Shown here in pieces: positions 27,440-42,219 of a stretch of DNA of 64,000 bases. The stretch spans positions 376,960,001 through 377,024,000 of the forward strand of contig OZ024740.1 of NCBI GenBank assembly GCA_964016885.1. The letters are read 5' to 3'. The DNA comes from Eledone cirrhosa (Eukaryota). The first letter of the stretch is position 1. Every line of letters begins with the position of its first letter. A program made the translations under genes and the position numbers. The notes under the pieces are model-generated. The model saw nothing but the letters and a program-made list of their open reading frames with translations, was not told the origin of the DNA and did no database searches.

Positions 27440-28925
27440 AACATTTTCCGTTAGACATGAGATGCATCTGGGAGCGATTACTAACCTCTCGAAGGCGGAA
27501 GTCACTAGAACAATTAAAGAGCTCTAATGTGGCAAAACCTCTGGTGAGGATGAAATTCGACCCGAGATGTTAAAAGCCTTTGGCTGACACATGAGTGCCG
27601 AGTAGCCTCATTCTCTGGAAAGGCACCTAAGCAATGGCAATCGGGAGTGATAATCCCAATTTTCAAAAAGAAGAAGAAAAGAGAGATTGCTCCAATTATA
27701 GAAAGATCTCCTTGTTACGCCTCCCCGGTAAAGTGTATGGTAAGTTTCTGGCAAAAAGGTTATAGGGATATTGTCTAGTCTAAGCTAGCTGATGAACAAT
27801 GTGGTCTTCGCCCCGGAAGCAACAGAGCTGGCCAAACATTTACACTGCGGCAGGTCTTCGAGAAATCGTCGGAGTACTGCGAAGAGGTGTATGTTATGTG
27901 TCATAGACTCCAAAAAGACATACGATCGCGTACCATGAGAGTTATTGTGGAAGGTGCTGCAGGACTATGGGATTAACTGAGAGTTTCTTGTTGCCCTATT
28001 GTCTCTATACGAATGACCTAGTATTTATGTTCGGATAAATGGTACCGTTCCTCTTCGTAATCCTTATGAATAGAATTGACATGTGCATCTGGGTCGGATG
28101 TGCTATCAAGACGGGCGGGTGTAGGATCACTCAACTGGAATTTGCAGAGGACATGGTACTACTACGAAAGGGGAGCTCCGACATGCACTAGAGAGATTTG
28201 CTGCCGAGTGCTGCATGGCAGGAAAATCGGCGGTGAGAAGTCTGAGACATTCGTCTTCGCAATGAAGTCTGCACCTGAACGAAATTTCACTGAAGCAGGT
28301 GGAGAAGTTGAAGCATTTCGGGTCGCTTTCACGAGTGATAAATGGCAGAAGGCTGAATAAGGTGCACGAATTACAGAAGCTGGTGTAGTATTGCACAGGC
28401 TTCAGCATTCTGTCATCGGAGTTAGATATGAAAGCTAAAATCGCTATTTTCAATTCTGTATTCAAGCCAACCCCTATATATGGCTAAGAATCGTAGCTAA
28501 TGATAGAAATAATATGATCTTGAATAAAAGCGGCCGAAATAAGATACCTTCGAAGAGTCTTTAGAATAACGTTACTCGATAGAGTGCGTAGCCCGGAGAT
28601 CAGTGAGTTACTCCACATAGAGCCGAATTGAGAAATCACAGCTCCCATGTAACGGGCATGTGGTCAGAATGTCTAAGAAAATAATCACTAGACAGATTTT
28701 ACGGCCTAAACCAACCGACAGGAGACCCAGATGTCGACCTTGCGCAAGAAGTTTGGATAATATCCATGAGTTCGGGTCTCTCGCTTTGGGATCTATTCGG
28801 ATCAATTGAAGAAAGTTACTTTTGACTGAAAGGCGTACTTGATGACTCTGTCTCATGACACTCCCAGGAACAAATGTGCAAAAAAAAAAAAAAAAAGAAG
28901 AAGAAGAAGAAGAAGAAGAAGAAGA
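27440..28925 (+). pseudogene. Highly degraded RTE-clade LINE RT fragment with (AAG)n tail
   Basis: Broken-frame motifs SGEDEIRPEMLKA, WQSGVIIPIFKK, SNYRKISLLRLPGKVY and EQCGLRPG. Confidence 0.72.
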
Positions 28926-29903
28926 AAGTAACAGCAACATGACCATTCTACAAATCTGGTACAAATTCACAATCTCCTACTTGACCTCAACACTCCTTCT
29001 CTTAACCCCAACACAAACCTCTGTCCTAAACAATATACCAATCAATTCGATAGAAGAAACTTCCATATAATATACACTCCTAGCGTCCACTTCACGTACT
29101 GCTGAGCAAATATATAACTTCGATTATACTCACTAGTAATTATATCCACTAGCAATGTTCATCATTAACCTTTTATAAACTTTACAAACTTTATCATATT
29201 TTTGTATTTATTCCTTTACATTTATTATTACAATTTTGCATTTAATGTGTTTTTTCTATCACTAAATAACGTATTAATTCCATATAATAATTTCTTTTGC
29301 ATATGTCAGTACCAATTAGTACATATCTCTCGTCTTTACTTACTGCATGCGTACACGGCTGTGTTGATTTATGTATGTATATATGTTCGTACACACGCAT
29401 ATATGCATATGCATGTGTGAGTGTGTACATGTGTGCACGTGTGTGTAGGTGAGTGTACATGTTTATATGTGTAAGCAGTGGTGTATGCTGATATCATTAT
29501 TATTATTGCATACACAGTCCGATTGGTCAAAATCTTATACAATAGTATATATATATATATAAAATAGTAAAAAAGCTAAAAACAGTAAAAAATGATAAAC
29601 GTATTTTCTCTCAGAATAACATCAAAACATTTATTTACAAAACAGGAATTTCCGCATTAATTGTACTGGTTTCAGCTTACACGCTTTTTCACACGACGGA
29701 AGTATATAATGCAATTAAATTGCATATTAATAAGAACAATAAAAATATAGGGAAAAAATTGTTTTTACATACATATATAGGGAGAAAAGTTCACATTTTT
29801 CTTTGTAGTCTTCGTTCTTTCTCTCTTATTGCTGACCTTAGCCGTGTAACTACCAAAAGTGGAAGTAGCAGGGAAGAATCAGTTCTGTTTAAGCTGTTGG
29901 CTA

Positions 29904-29937
<34 letters not shown>

Positions 29938-30419
29938 GTCGGATGAAACGTTCATAGGCTGACTATGAAGGAGTGATGCTACAGTGAATTTATGTGTACA
30001 TGCTTATATGTTTGCATATAATTATACAAATACTGAAACGCAAAGAATGTATAGAAAGATATCTTTCATGTCCTTTCATTTGGGAATGAGGAAAGAAACG
30101 TCATTCGAATGTGTAGAAAAAAGTGAATATTATTTCCTTTTTTTTTTGTTTTCTAGCAATTATTTATTACATTTTAAACGAGTCTTTCATTTATCTTTAA
30201 GCTTTATTATGTTTAAATGTAATTTCACATGAAGTTTGGAAAATAAATGTTCTAAGCATATGTTTTTCTGGATTTTGTTTAAATTCTTATTCTTAAGTTT
30301 TAAGGTATATGGGATTTGCATACACTATAGCATGAAATCGTATCGTATATATATGTTTGTATGTGTATGAGTATATATATATATATATATGCGTGTGTAC
30401 GCGTGTATGTGTATACTAA

Positions 30420-30900
30420 ATTGCAGTCGTCACGTGCAATCACTGCAGGTGGCTCAGAATGTTTGAGCCGGAGAGCAGCCATGACCTCCTCGGTGGGGCA
30501 GAGGATGGTGACGTAAAAGGTGATTACTCTGACGGCAGCCGAGACATGACCCTCTCTGAGTTTGGCGTTTACGCAGTCGCGTAATCGCTTTGAGCTGGCA
30601 TCAGCGGTGGATGAATGCAAGCTTACGAATGAGTGGAGTGTGTCCTGCTCGGATACACTCGAAGGTCAAGAAAGATGTTTGCCTTAACTAAAGCAGTTGT
30701 CAACAGGCCGCCTTGATCGGCATCAGTGTTGGGGAGACCGTAGGCGCGTGGAGCGAAATATAACAATCGTTCCCAATCTCTATCTTGATCGGAGTCCAAG
30801 ATTTCAAAGATTGAGGATGCGAGGGAATCGATCACCGGCACCCGGGCTGCTTTCAGGATCCTAAGAGGGGGTGGGGGTCTTCCGAAGCATCCTGAGTCAA
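30420..30900 (-). pseudogene. CRE-clade element N-terminal (pre-RT) fragment
   Basis: WERLLYFAP and KLREGHVSAAVR..ALRLKHSEPP resemble the CRE pre-RT region; GC-rich. Confidence 0.6.
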
Positions 30901-31535
30901 GCGATGGTAACCAGCGCGGTTTGGGCCGATCAGAGGTAGGCTGGTCAATCGGTGGCTGAAGTACTGTTCAGCAACATGGGTGTTGGTGTTCGGGTCGGGT
31001 TGAGATGCTGATTAGCATCTTGAAAGTAGGCGGGAAATGGGGTCACGATGCGTATATGCTGATGGCTGAGGTTTTGCGAAAGTTTGGGAAATTTACCTCT
31101 AGTCAAAATTAAAAATAATCAAATGAACATGTAAAAGAGAAGCCACACATTAAAGATAAGGACTAATAAAGTTAAGGGATCATTTTTAATATTATTTTCA
31201 TTTTCATTTTATGTGTACGGCTGTGTTCTTTCTTCGTGTTCTTGTGCTGTTTGTTATCGTCGCAATTATTCAAACTGTGCTTTTGTTGATATTGCATCAA
31301 GAACAGTTGTAAACACAATTTGGTGCAAACATTTTGATTTTCTTATTTTTATGGGGTTGATGAATATAGAAGTAAGTAGTGAAATATGTAGGAAGTGTCT
31401 GAAAAATTCAATGTATTGCTATGAGATTTGATGAGCTTATTGAAGTGTTGTATTAACACGTGGATTAGAAAATTCCCAGCTCAAAATAGGAGAATGAAAA
31501 ACAATAATAGGATGTTACTCACAATAATAATAATA

Positions 31536-31703
31536 ATCTTTCTACTTTTGGCATAAGGCCAGCAATTACCCCAGTGCATTACCGGTGCTCTATTTTATCG
31601 ACTCCGTAAGGAGTTAACATCGGCGGAATTTGAACTCAGAACGTAAAGGGCCATAACTCTATGCTGCAAAGCATGGTGTCTGACGCACTACCGACACAGC
31701 CAA
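31536..31703 (-). mobile_element. tRNA-derived SINE flanked by (AAT)n
   Basis: Family match; (AAT)n continues to 31779. Confidence 0.82.
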
Positions 31704-31780
<77 letters not shown>

Positions 31781-32839
31781 GGGAAGAAGACGCACGTGGT
31801 GGTAGAAGGTCATGAAATCGCTCTCGTAAGTTTTTGATTTTTAACATATTTAAATCAATTGTGAAATAACAATTCTTAGTACAAATGATGCATAAACCAC
31901 CGAAGCAAGTCTCATAAAATTTCGGATCCATATTATATTGTTATATCGCTCAAATATTCAATTTTGTATTATATATTTTGTATTCAAAAAAGAAAATGGT
32001 TATAAATGGAAGAAAACACCCTCTGTCTACACTATATAGAACAGCCAAATAACAGCAATTTCACCAACACCAGAAACTTGATACACCACCTACCCCATCA
32101 CACTAAATATAACAGCCAGATAACGGCAATTTCACCACTACCACCACCAATCCCAGCATCATAATAATAATTACTATTATTATTGTCTCAAGTTTTAACA
32201 AAATGTTTAATTCCAATTTTACGGGAAAATGTCAACACAATATATATTAAACATACGCGACACAAAGTCATAGATACTACAGATCAAACAAAACTAGTCT
32301 ATTAAACACAGATATTAAACATACGCGACACAAGCTCATAGATACTACATATCACAAAACTCAGTAACAACAACGCCACCGCCGCCACCACTCCATCCAT
32401 CATTGCTACCACTATCCAATCACCGCCGCCACCACTCCTTCATTGCTACCGCCACTATTCCCCTGTTAACTTAAGAAAGGAAGGAAGGAAGAAAGGGGAA
32501 GGTGGTGGTATCACTAGACAAGGGAGAGGCTAGCAAAAGATATAAATAGATTGACTTAGTGACCTGGCCACCGGCCAAACGTCAACAACTATGGCACTGC
32601 TGGCTCCCCCCTTCCTCACCAACAATATAAAAAGCCCCAGCACCACCACCCACATAGCCAACAACGATAACAGGCAACTTCAGCAAAAAGTATATTATAT
32701 TATTGTAATGCACTGGGTGATTGCTGGCCTTGTGTCTGGAGTGGAAATAATTATTAATAATTTCATTCTTAAGCCACGCAATGCTCACATTAAGGAACCA
32801 CTCATGATAATAACAATTTTAAAAAAAACAACAAAAAGA

Positions 32840-35800
32840 AAACCCCGTGACCAAGAAATACCGGGATGGCGGCCGGCGGGGAATAGCCGTGTCTCTAGGG
32901 GAGAACGACCCCTCTAGTCTTGGTTGACACTCGTTCTAGAAGTGGTAGCACGAAATGATTACCCCTTGGCGGATAAGGATAAAACGCGACAAAATAAAGT
33001 AAATGTCTAATGATAAAATCTCATACCGGATCGGCCGTCACCCGGGTAAAAAAGGGCCGCGTCCCTCAGAGAGGAACCAGACTGGGGTCGAAAAATCAGC
33101 TAATGGTTCAAACCTTCCCATCACATCGGAGCTGGAGACCTCCCATAACCGGAATACTCCTACTGTTGGCCCTCCATGCTCACCACCAAGAAATTCAAAG
33201 AAAAAGAGAGAAAAATGGTCAAGGGAAGATAATAAAGAAGTCCTTGAGGCTTTCTACACTGCCATGTACTACCTAACAAATACATCGAATACAGAACAGA
33301 CATATATCAACTGGAAAAAGAAACATCCCGAAAACAGAGGCTATATGGGCAGTAACAAACTAGCCAATATACGAAGAAATATTGTAAGAAAAAAGTTACT
33401 AACTGATATAGAAATTGATCAGATCAAGCTATTAGCACAAAGTCAGCGAAGGGAAAATGAAACATGTGTCAGTGAAAACGAGGTAAATTGTAACACTTCG
33501 AATCCCAGGGTTGGGGCGGAATCACTGGCAACAGAACAAATTAAAGAAAGGATCGAAAAAGTGGAGGGAGTGCATGCTCAAGATGAAACTCCAAATGAAA
33601 ATAATGAGATCGTAAATGATAAAGAAATGAATGAGAATGAACTTGCCAACTTGAAGGATGAAATTATGATCGAATGGATGAAAATGAAAGAATCTGACAT
33701 GGAGCAACGAGACACCCTCCCTAAGATCCAGAACTCCAAACAGAACCAAAAGATAATACACAAGACTAACATAATTCTCAAAAACATTATCATCACAAAC
33801 AAACTAAACATTACTGATTTAAATCATCTCTATTATGCATCGGCTAAAGTCACCACTCACTTATCTGGAGTGAAGATGAAAAAACAAAGGAATTCCCACA
33901 AGAAATCTACTTGGCAAGAGAACATCAATCGCCAAATAAGCCTTCTCCGATCTGACATATAAATTTTAACAAACTATAAAGAAGGTGAACATGTTAAACA
34001 AACTAAACTTAGAAAATTGAAAAGAAAGTACAGTATAAAATCAACAAGTGACATAGACATGCTGATTGAAATAATGAAGCAAAAAGTGTCGGCCAAAGCT
34101 GCTCGTATAAGGCGCTTTGAAAAACGATCTAGATTCTATAAGGACAATAATATGTTCAAAACCAACCAAAGAAACTTCTACAGAAAAATTGATAAGTCAA
34201 CAATAACTGCTAAATCAATACCACCCAAGGAGGAAGTGCAAGAAGTCTGGGAAAAGATCTGGGCCGAAGAAAAAGTTCATAACATACATGCCCCATGGAT
34301 AGACAGACAAATGAAAGATACAGCTCACCTTGAGGAACAAATATGGGAAAATATAACAGTTGAACAGTTGCGCTTGGCTCTAAGAAAAACCAGCAAATGG
34401 AAATCCCCAGGAAAAGACAAAATACAAAATTTTTGGATAAATGCCTTCACAGAGTCTCATGAGCTGTTGGCCCAACTTTACAATGAAATAGTTAAGGAGC
34501 CAGAAAAGATACCATTCCTGCTTCCGAAGAATGATGAGACAAACAATCCCCAAAATTACAGACCGATAACTTGCTTGATCACAATGTATAAAATTTTAAC
34601 ATCAGTCCTAACTGAATACACATATGACCACCTGATAACAAATGACCTATTTCCCATTGAGCAGAAAGGGTGTAAACGAGGCTCATATGGCTGTAAGTAT
34701 CAGCTTTTGGTTAACAAAATGATATTGGAAGATTGTCATAATAGACACAAAAGTCTATCGATTGCTTGGATAGATTTTAAAAAAGCATTCGATAGTTTGC
34801 CACCCGTTGGATTGAAAAATGTTTAGAGATTTTCAAAATATCCCCCGTTGTCAGGAGGTTTTTGTCATTCAGTATGAAGACATGGAAAACGACACTCCTT
34901 TTGAAAAGTGAAACAAAATCACTGGAAGCTGGAGAAGTTAATATTAATTGTGGAATTTTTCAGGGTGACTCTTTATCACCGCTTTTATTCTGCATCGCAC
35001 TTATACCATTAAGTAAAATGCTCAATGAAACAAAACATGGATATAAAGTCTATGACAAAACCATTAATCACCTGTTCTACATGGATGACCTTAAACTATT
35101 TGCAAAAAATGATGAACAATTGCAAGGGCTATTATCCACTGTGGAGCAGTTCAGTGATGACATTAAAATGGAGTTTGGACTAGATAAATGCGCCAAAGCA
35201 ACGTTCACCAGAGGAAAGCTGCTGAAGAGTTCAGACATTAATCTTGATCGGGGGAACGTGATAAGAGAACTTGATCAAGAAAAACTTACAAATATCTAGG
35301 TGTTTGTGAAGGAGACGGAATCAAGCACTCGACAATGAGGGAAAGGATAAGGAAGGAATGTTACCGCAGAGTAAGAGCAATCTTAAGAACGGAATTGAAT
35401 GCAAGGAATAGGATCGATGCCATAAACACGCTTGTCATACCAGTAGTAACCTACAGTTACAATGTCATCAACTGGTCAAGCACAGAGATCCGTAGGCTCG
35501 ATACAAAAATTCGAAAATTCTTAACCATGCACAGAATGCATCACCCTAAGATAGATATAGATAGAATATATCTCCCTAGGAAAGAAGGAGGACGTGGGTT
35601 AATCCAGTTAGACATTGCGTTGAAAACTGCAACAATTGGATTATCTACATATCTAAGGGAATCACATGATTGGATGATCAAACTCGTTTTGAAACACGAA
35701 AGCATCAAAAGATCATATTCCATTACAAAAGATGCACAAAGATACAGTAATGGACTACAAATTTCAGAAGTCCCATTTATTGCTGAAATGGATAACACAG

Positions 35801-36788
35801 AAAAAGCAAAGCAGGTAAAAGTAACTGCAAAGAAAGAACTGCGACAGAAACTGGCTAAGAAATGGCAAGAAAAGCCTCTGTATGGAAAATACCCAGAGCG
35901 AGCTAACAATCCTGATGTTGACAAAACTTTAACCCATCAGTGGTTGGCATCCTCTGGACTGAAATCGGAGACTGAAGGACAGATTATATCAGCACAAGAT
36001 CAGTGTCTGCCAACAAAAAATTACCAAGCCAACATAATAAAAAATGGATGCAGCCCATTATGCCGTGTATGCAAAAAACAACCAGAGACCATTGACCATA
36101 TAATTTCAATGTGCAGTCCTATAGCTCCAACCGAATACCTAAACAAGCATGACAGAGCTGCACAATACATACATTGGATAATGTGTAAGCATTTTGACCT
36201 GCCCCATCAAAAGTATTGGTGGGAGCATCAACCACCTCCCATACTTGAAAAAGATCACATCTCAATCTTGTGGAACTTTAGCATCCAAACAGACCGAAAA
36301 ATAGATGCAAATAGACCTGATATAATATTGAAGGACTTTAAAAAGAGGGTATGCCTGCTAATTGATATGTCTGTTCCAATACACAAGAATGTATCTATAA
36401 AAACATTTGAAAAATTGAGCAAGTATAAGGACCTGGAGATAGAAATTGGAAAAATGTGGAAATTGAGAACTAAAACAATACCAGTGGTTGTAGGCGCTCT
36501 GGGAATGATACCTAAGGGGTCTAATGATTACTTATCGCAAATCCCAGGAAACCCGCGTATAGGAGAAATACAAAAGATAGTACTAATGGGAACTGCCCAT
36601 ATACTAAGGAAGATTCTGTCAATATAAGTACATCACAAGTCTAAACACAAAAGATGCATGTGTGAGTATGTATGTTCTTTCTTGAACATGGCGGACCTTG
36701 TTGTCTCTTGAGGTCACTGGGTGTGACTTGGTGATAACTCGTATGAACATAAAGCAAGATAAATGCAACTGTAATAATAATAATAATG
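32840..36788 (+). mobile_element. R4/Dong-clade retrotransposon, family 1, near full length, disrupted
   Basis: ORF pieces 33003-36627 with one in-frame stop and two frameshifts: EQKGC, GIFQGDSLSP, FYMDD, CRVC..ETIDHI..C, KHD, RPDI..IDMSVP; (TAA)n tail. Confidence 0.92.
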
Positions 36789-37065
36789 ATTTCATTTATT
36801 AGCCACAAGGGCCGACATGTAAGGGACAATACAAAGACAGGGACAGTGGGGGTTTACAATAAGGTCGAGTAAAAGTGCACAATGGCAAGACTAATTTAAC
36901 AATGAAAATATAAAACATAAAATAAACTATGCATAAATATAACAAAATAAATTCCCCGATAGGGGGTGGACGACCCTGGGGTGATTCGGGTACCCCACCA
37001 ATCCTGAACCACCCTGCGCTTCTAGGGCACCCAGGGAGAGCACCCCTCTCCTCAAGTTAGCTAGC

Positions 37066-40000
37066 CTATAGGCGCATGGTCAGAGTAGGCCCATTCACAC
37101 GAGCCATTCTCGCCACATTCACCCACCTTTTAGCAAATGTACTGGGGGGCAGCACTTCTCTCTCCACCCTCACCCTCCTTTCCAGGTGAAACTTGAAGAA
37201 GTTGATGAGGGATTGGCCGAAGAGAAAAGTGTCTGTCTTTAGTCCTTTCAACCTGGTCCACCATATAATCTCTTTCGCAACTGCCACCAGACAGAGGAAA
37301 ATGTCCTGCTCTTCCTGACCTAAGGAAGGTGGCGGCTCGATCTTCACTATGGACTCGGCCGATAACTGGATTCGTTCCACACGCGACAGTAGCTGTTCGA
37401 CATAACTCCACAAGTCAGTAATGCACGGACATTGGACAAGTGCGTGCAGAACGGTTTCGTCGTTCTGTGCGCATCTTGGGCAGGTCCGTCTGACAGCACT
37501 TCCGTGCCTGTAGAGTTTATCCCGAACCGGCAGTGCCCCCCGGTAGCACTGCCAAGCGAGGGATTTCTGGAAATTGTCCATCGTCCCCGGCTCAAAAGTC
37601 CTCCGGTACAGACTGGTCAGTTCGACTTCGTCGAGGCCCAAAGCTTCTCCGAGTGCGTCATCGCACTTGCCCACCTCTAATCCTCTATAGAACTCGAGAG
37701 TAGAAGTTCCACTGATCGCATTGCCCGCTTGGTAGAGGGCAGTGAGTGCCTGGCAACATTCCAGGTGCCAGTCACCCAGTCTCGGTCTCTTCTTGACCCA
37801 GGACTGCAGCTCAGTCAAAGAAATGAGTTGCGGAAAGGCCCGTCTGATAAACGGCGACCACACCTGTTCACCATTGAAGCAGAATATCTGGAGATGTCGC
37901 AGCCTCAACGCATGTCTGCGCATCATTAGCCACGGCACGCCCAGCCCTCCGCGTAGAGGGTGCTGGCAGCAGATGGACCGCCTCACCAACGGAACTTGTC
38001 CCCTCCACAAGAATTTGAAGAGGAGCCGTTCCAACTTGACGAGGCGCGGACGGGGGCAAGGCACGACGGTTAGGCGGTAATAGATGACGGACGCGATGTA
38101 CGCATTCGCCACCTCCGCGCGACCTTTCAGTGATAGCTTCCTCCCAGCCCATTTTTGGGTGAGACTGGCTACTCTGCTCGTTACCTCGTCCCAATTCTTT
38201 TCCACCTGGAGGTCTGGTCCGAACCAAACCCCGAGCAACTTTACTGGTCCGTCCGTCCAGCGCCCCACGACGCTGTTGGACGGCATGGGCTTGCCTCTCC
38301 AGGTTCCGAGCTGCAAGCCGACCGACTTTTCCGGGTTAAGTTTGGCTCCTGTCAACCTTTCATATTCCTTCAATAAGGTGCCGACCACCTCGATTTCTGA
38401 GGTGTTCGACACTATCACGGTGATGTCGTCCGCATAAGCCGGCACCGCCTTTCCACGTCCCGGTTCGAGCGGGATGCCCTGCAACAGCTGCAGCTTCCGC
38501 AGTAAAGGCTCGAGAGTCAATACGTACAGAAGGGAAGAGAGAGGGCACCCTTGACGGACCGATCGGGAGAGCCGAAATGGTTCCGAGAGGTGGCCATTAA
38601 CCTTGACCACCGAGCGTGTGTCGCTGTGCATTGCAACGATCCAGCTTCTAAAGACAGGGCCGAAGCCAGCCGCTCTGAGGACAAACTCCAGATACCGATG
38701 GTCGACCCTATCGAATGCTTTCGATTGATCTAAATTGATCAGTGCCCCACCGAAGCCAGGTTTACACCCTACCCTCTCTATGATGTATCGCATGAGGTGG
38801 AGATTGTCGTGTATGGACCTGGCTGGGATTGCGCAAGTTTGCGCCTCCCCAACCAAATCCTCGACGACAAGCGCCAATCTCTTTGCTAACACCTTGGCCA
38901 AAATCTTAAACTCTGTGTTGAGCAGAGTTATGGGCCTGAAGTTGTCTAATGTATCCCTCTTGTTCTCGTCTTTCCTTATCAGCGTCACCACTCCCCTGCT
39001 CACAGAACTGGGAATACTCCCATTCTGCTGCCAGTTACAGTAGAGTGCTTCGAGGAGTTCGGAGAACAAGTCTGGCATATTTACGTAAAGCTCGTAGGGC
39101 AGGCCATCCAAGCCGGGTGACTTGCTCCTCATGCAGCCGACAAGGGCGTCCTGAATTTCGGCTGAAGTAATCGGCCTTTCGCAGCGCTCAGCGTCGACCG
39201 TCGAGATGCGCGGCAAGCCGTCAAGGTAGGGACTGAAATCCGCTACTCTCTCTGACTCGCCACCCTCCCGAACAACCGAGCAAAGTGCTGGCGAAAGGCC
39301 TCACACATCCGCTTGGAATCGCTTATCTCGTGTCCGTCTCGGTCCGCCAAAGACCGAATTGTGGTTTTATTACCATGCTGCGCCTCCGCCACGCGGGCCC
39401 ATCGAACAGCTTTAGTTCCCTCGTTTCTCAGCGCACGCGCCTTAGCTCTGACAATGCAACCTTCGTGTTTGGCATTGAAGAAATGGTCTAATGCCATTCT
39501 CGCCGCTAGCACGTCAGTTGCGATGCCACTACAAATAGCCTCGTCTAACTTATCTACCAGCTCCCCCCTCCTTTCTATTTTTCTCTAACGCTAGTTCTTT
39601 GCTGAACTCTATCGAAGTTACTCTAATCTCTCTTTTGAGAGCCCCCCACCATCTGTTGTTGATGATCCCCCCTGTCAACTTTTGCTTAACTAACTTATTG
39701 ACTCGGTCCCTGTAAGCCTTACGTGCCGGAAATGACATGCTCAGCTTCCAGTAACCCGGTCCTAACCTACGCGTTTTATTTAGGTCGACCGTACAGATCA
39801 CAAATTTGTGATCTGAATAGGCGACCGTTTTAAAAAGTGGACAGCCCACACTATTTCTATCTATTTTCCTAATGAAGATTCTGTCTATATACGATCTAGA
39901 TGACCCCATTCGGTTGGTCCATGTCCATACTGGCACATTGGGGAAATCTAGTCGATACCTGTCAGACAGTTGGAACTGGCTGAGTAGGTGCTTGAGGCTT

Positions 40001-40509
40001 TTGCACCCCCCGCTCCTATCGGCTACTCCCACACAATCCCAGCGTGCGTCTAAGATGCCATTCCAGTCCCCCGCTAACAGTAAAGGGCGAGACGTACCCA
40101 GAAAGGTCTCCAGGCGCCTAAAGAAGTCAGGTCGTCCGGCCCCTGTAGGGGCATAGGCGGCCAGCAGTCTAAAGGCACCACCTTCGCTACTGCTCACATC
40201 CAAGACCACCAACTTACCGTCCGGGTCCCGGAAGATCGACCTTACCTCGAGATCCAGTCCTTTCCTAAACAGCACTGCCACCCCCACCCCACCCCCCACC
40301 CCCCCCACCCCCATTCCCGGCCTGCTAACAGATGCGAAGATCTGATAGTCGTCGAAAATGGGGGCTAGTGCACGCGTGTCGGAAATTCTGGTCTCGCTTA
40401 CGGCAATCACATCCATTTCCAGCGACCGGAGGTCGTTGAGCAGGCGACCCTGCTTCTAGGGTGACCCCAGGCCGCGAACATTTAAACTTCCTACTCTTAA
40501 TATGGCCAT
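37066..40509 (-). pseudogene. Tx1 ORF2 (APE endonuclease, RT, zf-RVT)
   Basis: MAILRVGSLNVRGL, SETR, GDWN, IDRI, SDH; LDQSKAFDRV, RQGCPLS, YADD; CPRC..ETVLHALVQC; one stop near 40457 and frameshifts near 39550 and 39240. Confidence 0.9.
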
Positions 40510-40518
40510 ATTGGTAAG

Positions 40519-42120
40519 CTAAGAGAGAGAGAGGGAAGGTTTACTTACCTCCCGGGTCTTGTGAAGGTCGGGTGGTTCGACCTCCATGGTTGGTGGGGTT
40601 TCTTTTGGGAACCCCTTTAAAAGTCTTGATGTGGGTTTCACATTCGGGTTTCCCACGTCTTGAGGAAAGCTCTCTCGAATTTCTTTGAAGGAATTGAGTG
40701 ACATTCGGACCAGAAGCAAACCTTCTGGCACGCAAAATGTGCTCATTTCAAAAATCTCCCCCTCTGTTTGAATGTCCTCGCTTCGCGCTAAGAGGGCCAT
40801 CAGTTTATCGTTGGCCCTTCTGACAAGCACGAAGTTTTTAACATTTTGTTGGTGTGGTTTTATTTGTTTTCGTTTTGGTGAAGGTGGTGGCGATGGTTTT
40901 GGTGGTGTTGTTTCGGGTATGTCTATGTTTGTTGTAGGTGTGGTGTCTGCAATTTCAGGTATTTGTGTGTTTATTTGTACTTGTGTTTGTTTAGGTTGTT
41001 TGCGTTTCGGGGATTGTGGAGGTGGTGTCGATGTTGCTGATGGTGCTGATGTTATTGGGGAAGTGTCTGCGTTAGTGGTGTCTGTATTTTTTGTTGTGTG
41101 TGTTTTTGTGTTTTGTAGGGGCTTTTTTTTTTGTGAGTTTTCTCTGTTTTTTTGCACTTTTGGGTTTTCCTTCATCTTCGCTGCTGGAAGACAAAGGGTC
41201 TGTGTCTGTGAGTGTCTCTGTGTCTGTGTGTGCGTTTATTTTTTTTTTGTCTATGTATATAGTTGGGGGGTAGGGGGAGTGGGAGAGCTTTCCTCGTTTT
41301 CTCCTTGGATTGGTTTTGGTGTTGGTGGTGATCCGGCTGCTTTTGATGTTGGTGTCCGTGTTTTTGTTGATATTGTTTTTGGTGGTGGTGGTGGTGCAGC
41401 TTTCCGTGCTGACACTGGCGTTGGCAACAAAGGAGGTTTGCGACCCCCTGCATTTTTGCGCTGAGGGCAGAAGGCTTGAAGATGCGTGGCTTCCCCGCAA
41501 ACGAAGCAGCGTGGCCTTCTTCCGTCAATCATTAGTTGGATTGTTGTCCCGTCCTGCAGGCGGGCAAAATCTGGGATGTTATTTATATCCTCCAGTTTCA
41601 TTTGGAGAAGAATCTCCAAATCCATTCCGGACCAGTCTTCTCTCTCTGTGCTTTTGATGTCCAGGAGGGTGGTGTCTGTCCCCTCCTCGATTACGCATCC
41701 CAGCAGCCACCATATGTTCATTCCTGGTGGGATGCTGGGAATGCGTACCTTCACTGTCCTTTTACCCATATAGGACGGATGCATGATAATGCGTTCCGTT
41801 CTGCAGGGGATCACCGAGTGCTTAATAGCGAGGGCCTCGGATTTGAACAGTACCGAGATGGTACCGAACTGTTTGCCTCTTGCTTTGTACTCTATGTTAC
41901 TTCCGATGTACTCCAAAGCAGCCTCTACCTCTGCTTGGCTCGCAAGTTCCACTTTTCGTGTCTGCACCGAAATACATCGAAAGAGCACCGTCCTCCTTTG
42001 CATGGCTGCTATTGCCTCGTCCGGGATGGTCAGGTTTGCCCAGGACTTCTCCCGTTTAATTAGCCTCCACGCTTTGGTCAACTGTTCGTCTTTATCGCTA
42101 ATATCAATATCGATATTCAA
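40519..42120 (-). pseudogene. Tx1 ORF1 (gag-like, CCHC knuckle, Pro/Lys/Thr-rich linker)
   Basis: CFVCGEATHLQAFC; split into 41251..42120 and 40519..41175 around a low-complexity stretch. Confidence 0.8.
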
Positions 42121-42186
42121 TAAGCGCTTTGTTTTTGCTGCTGCTGCTGCAGCAAATGTGGTGTTTCTGATGCTCTTAATGTTGTT

Positions 42187-42218
<32 letters not shown>

Positions 42219-42219
42219 C

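Larger units (their letters stand above)
36790..42188 (-). mobile_element. L1/Tx1-type LINE, near full length
   Basis: ORF1 with zinc knuckle, APE-RT ORF2, 3' AATAAA; (TAA)n at both ends. Confidence 0.92.

Noticed and set aside
29935-29985. Mariner-like TIR fragment
   Set aside because: Short, with no partner TIR or transposase remnant found
32842-33002. HDV-like ribozyme expected in the Dong 5' UTR (also 43825-43943)
   Set aside because: GC-rich hairpins are present but I could not assemble the nested double pseudoknot
37130-41773. Many overlapping and antisense ORFs within the Tx1 element
   Set aside because: Shadow frames of GC-richer coding sequence
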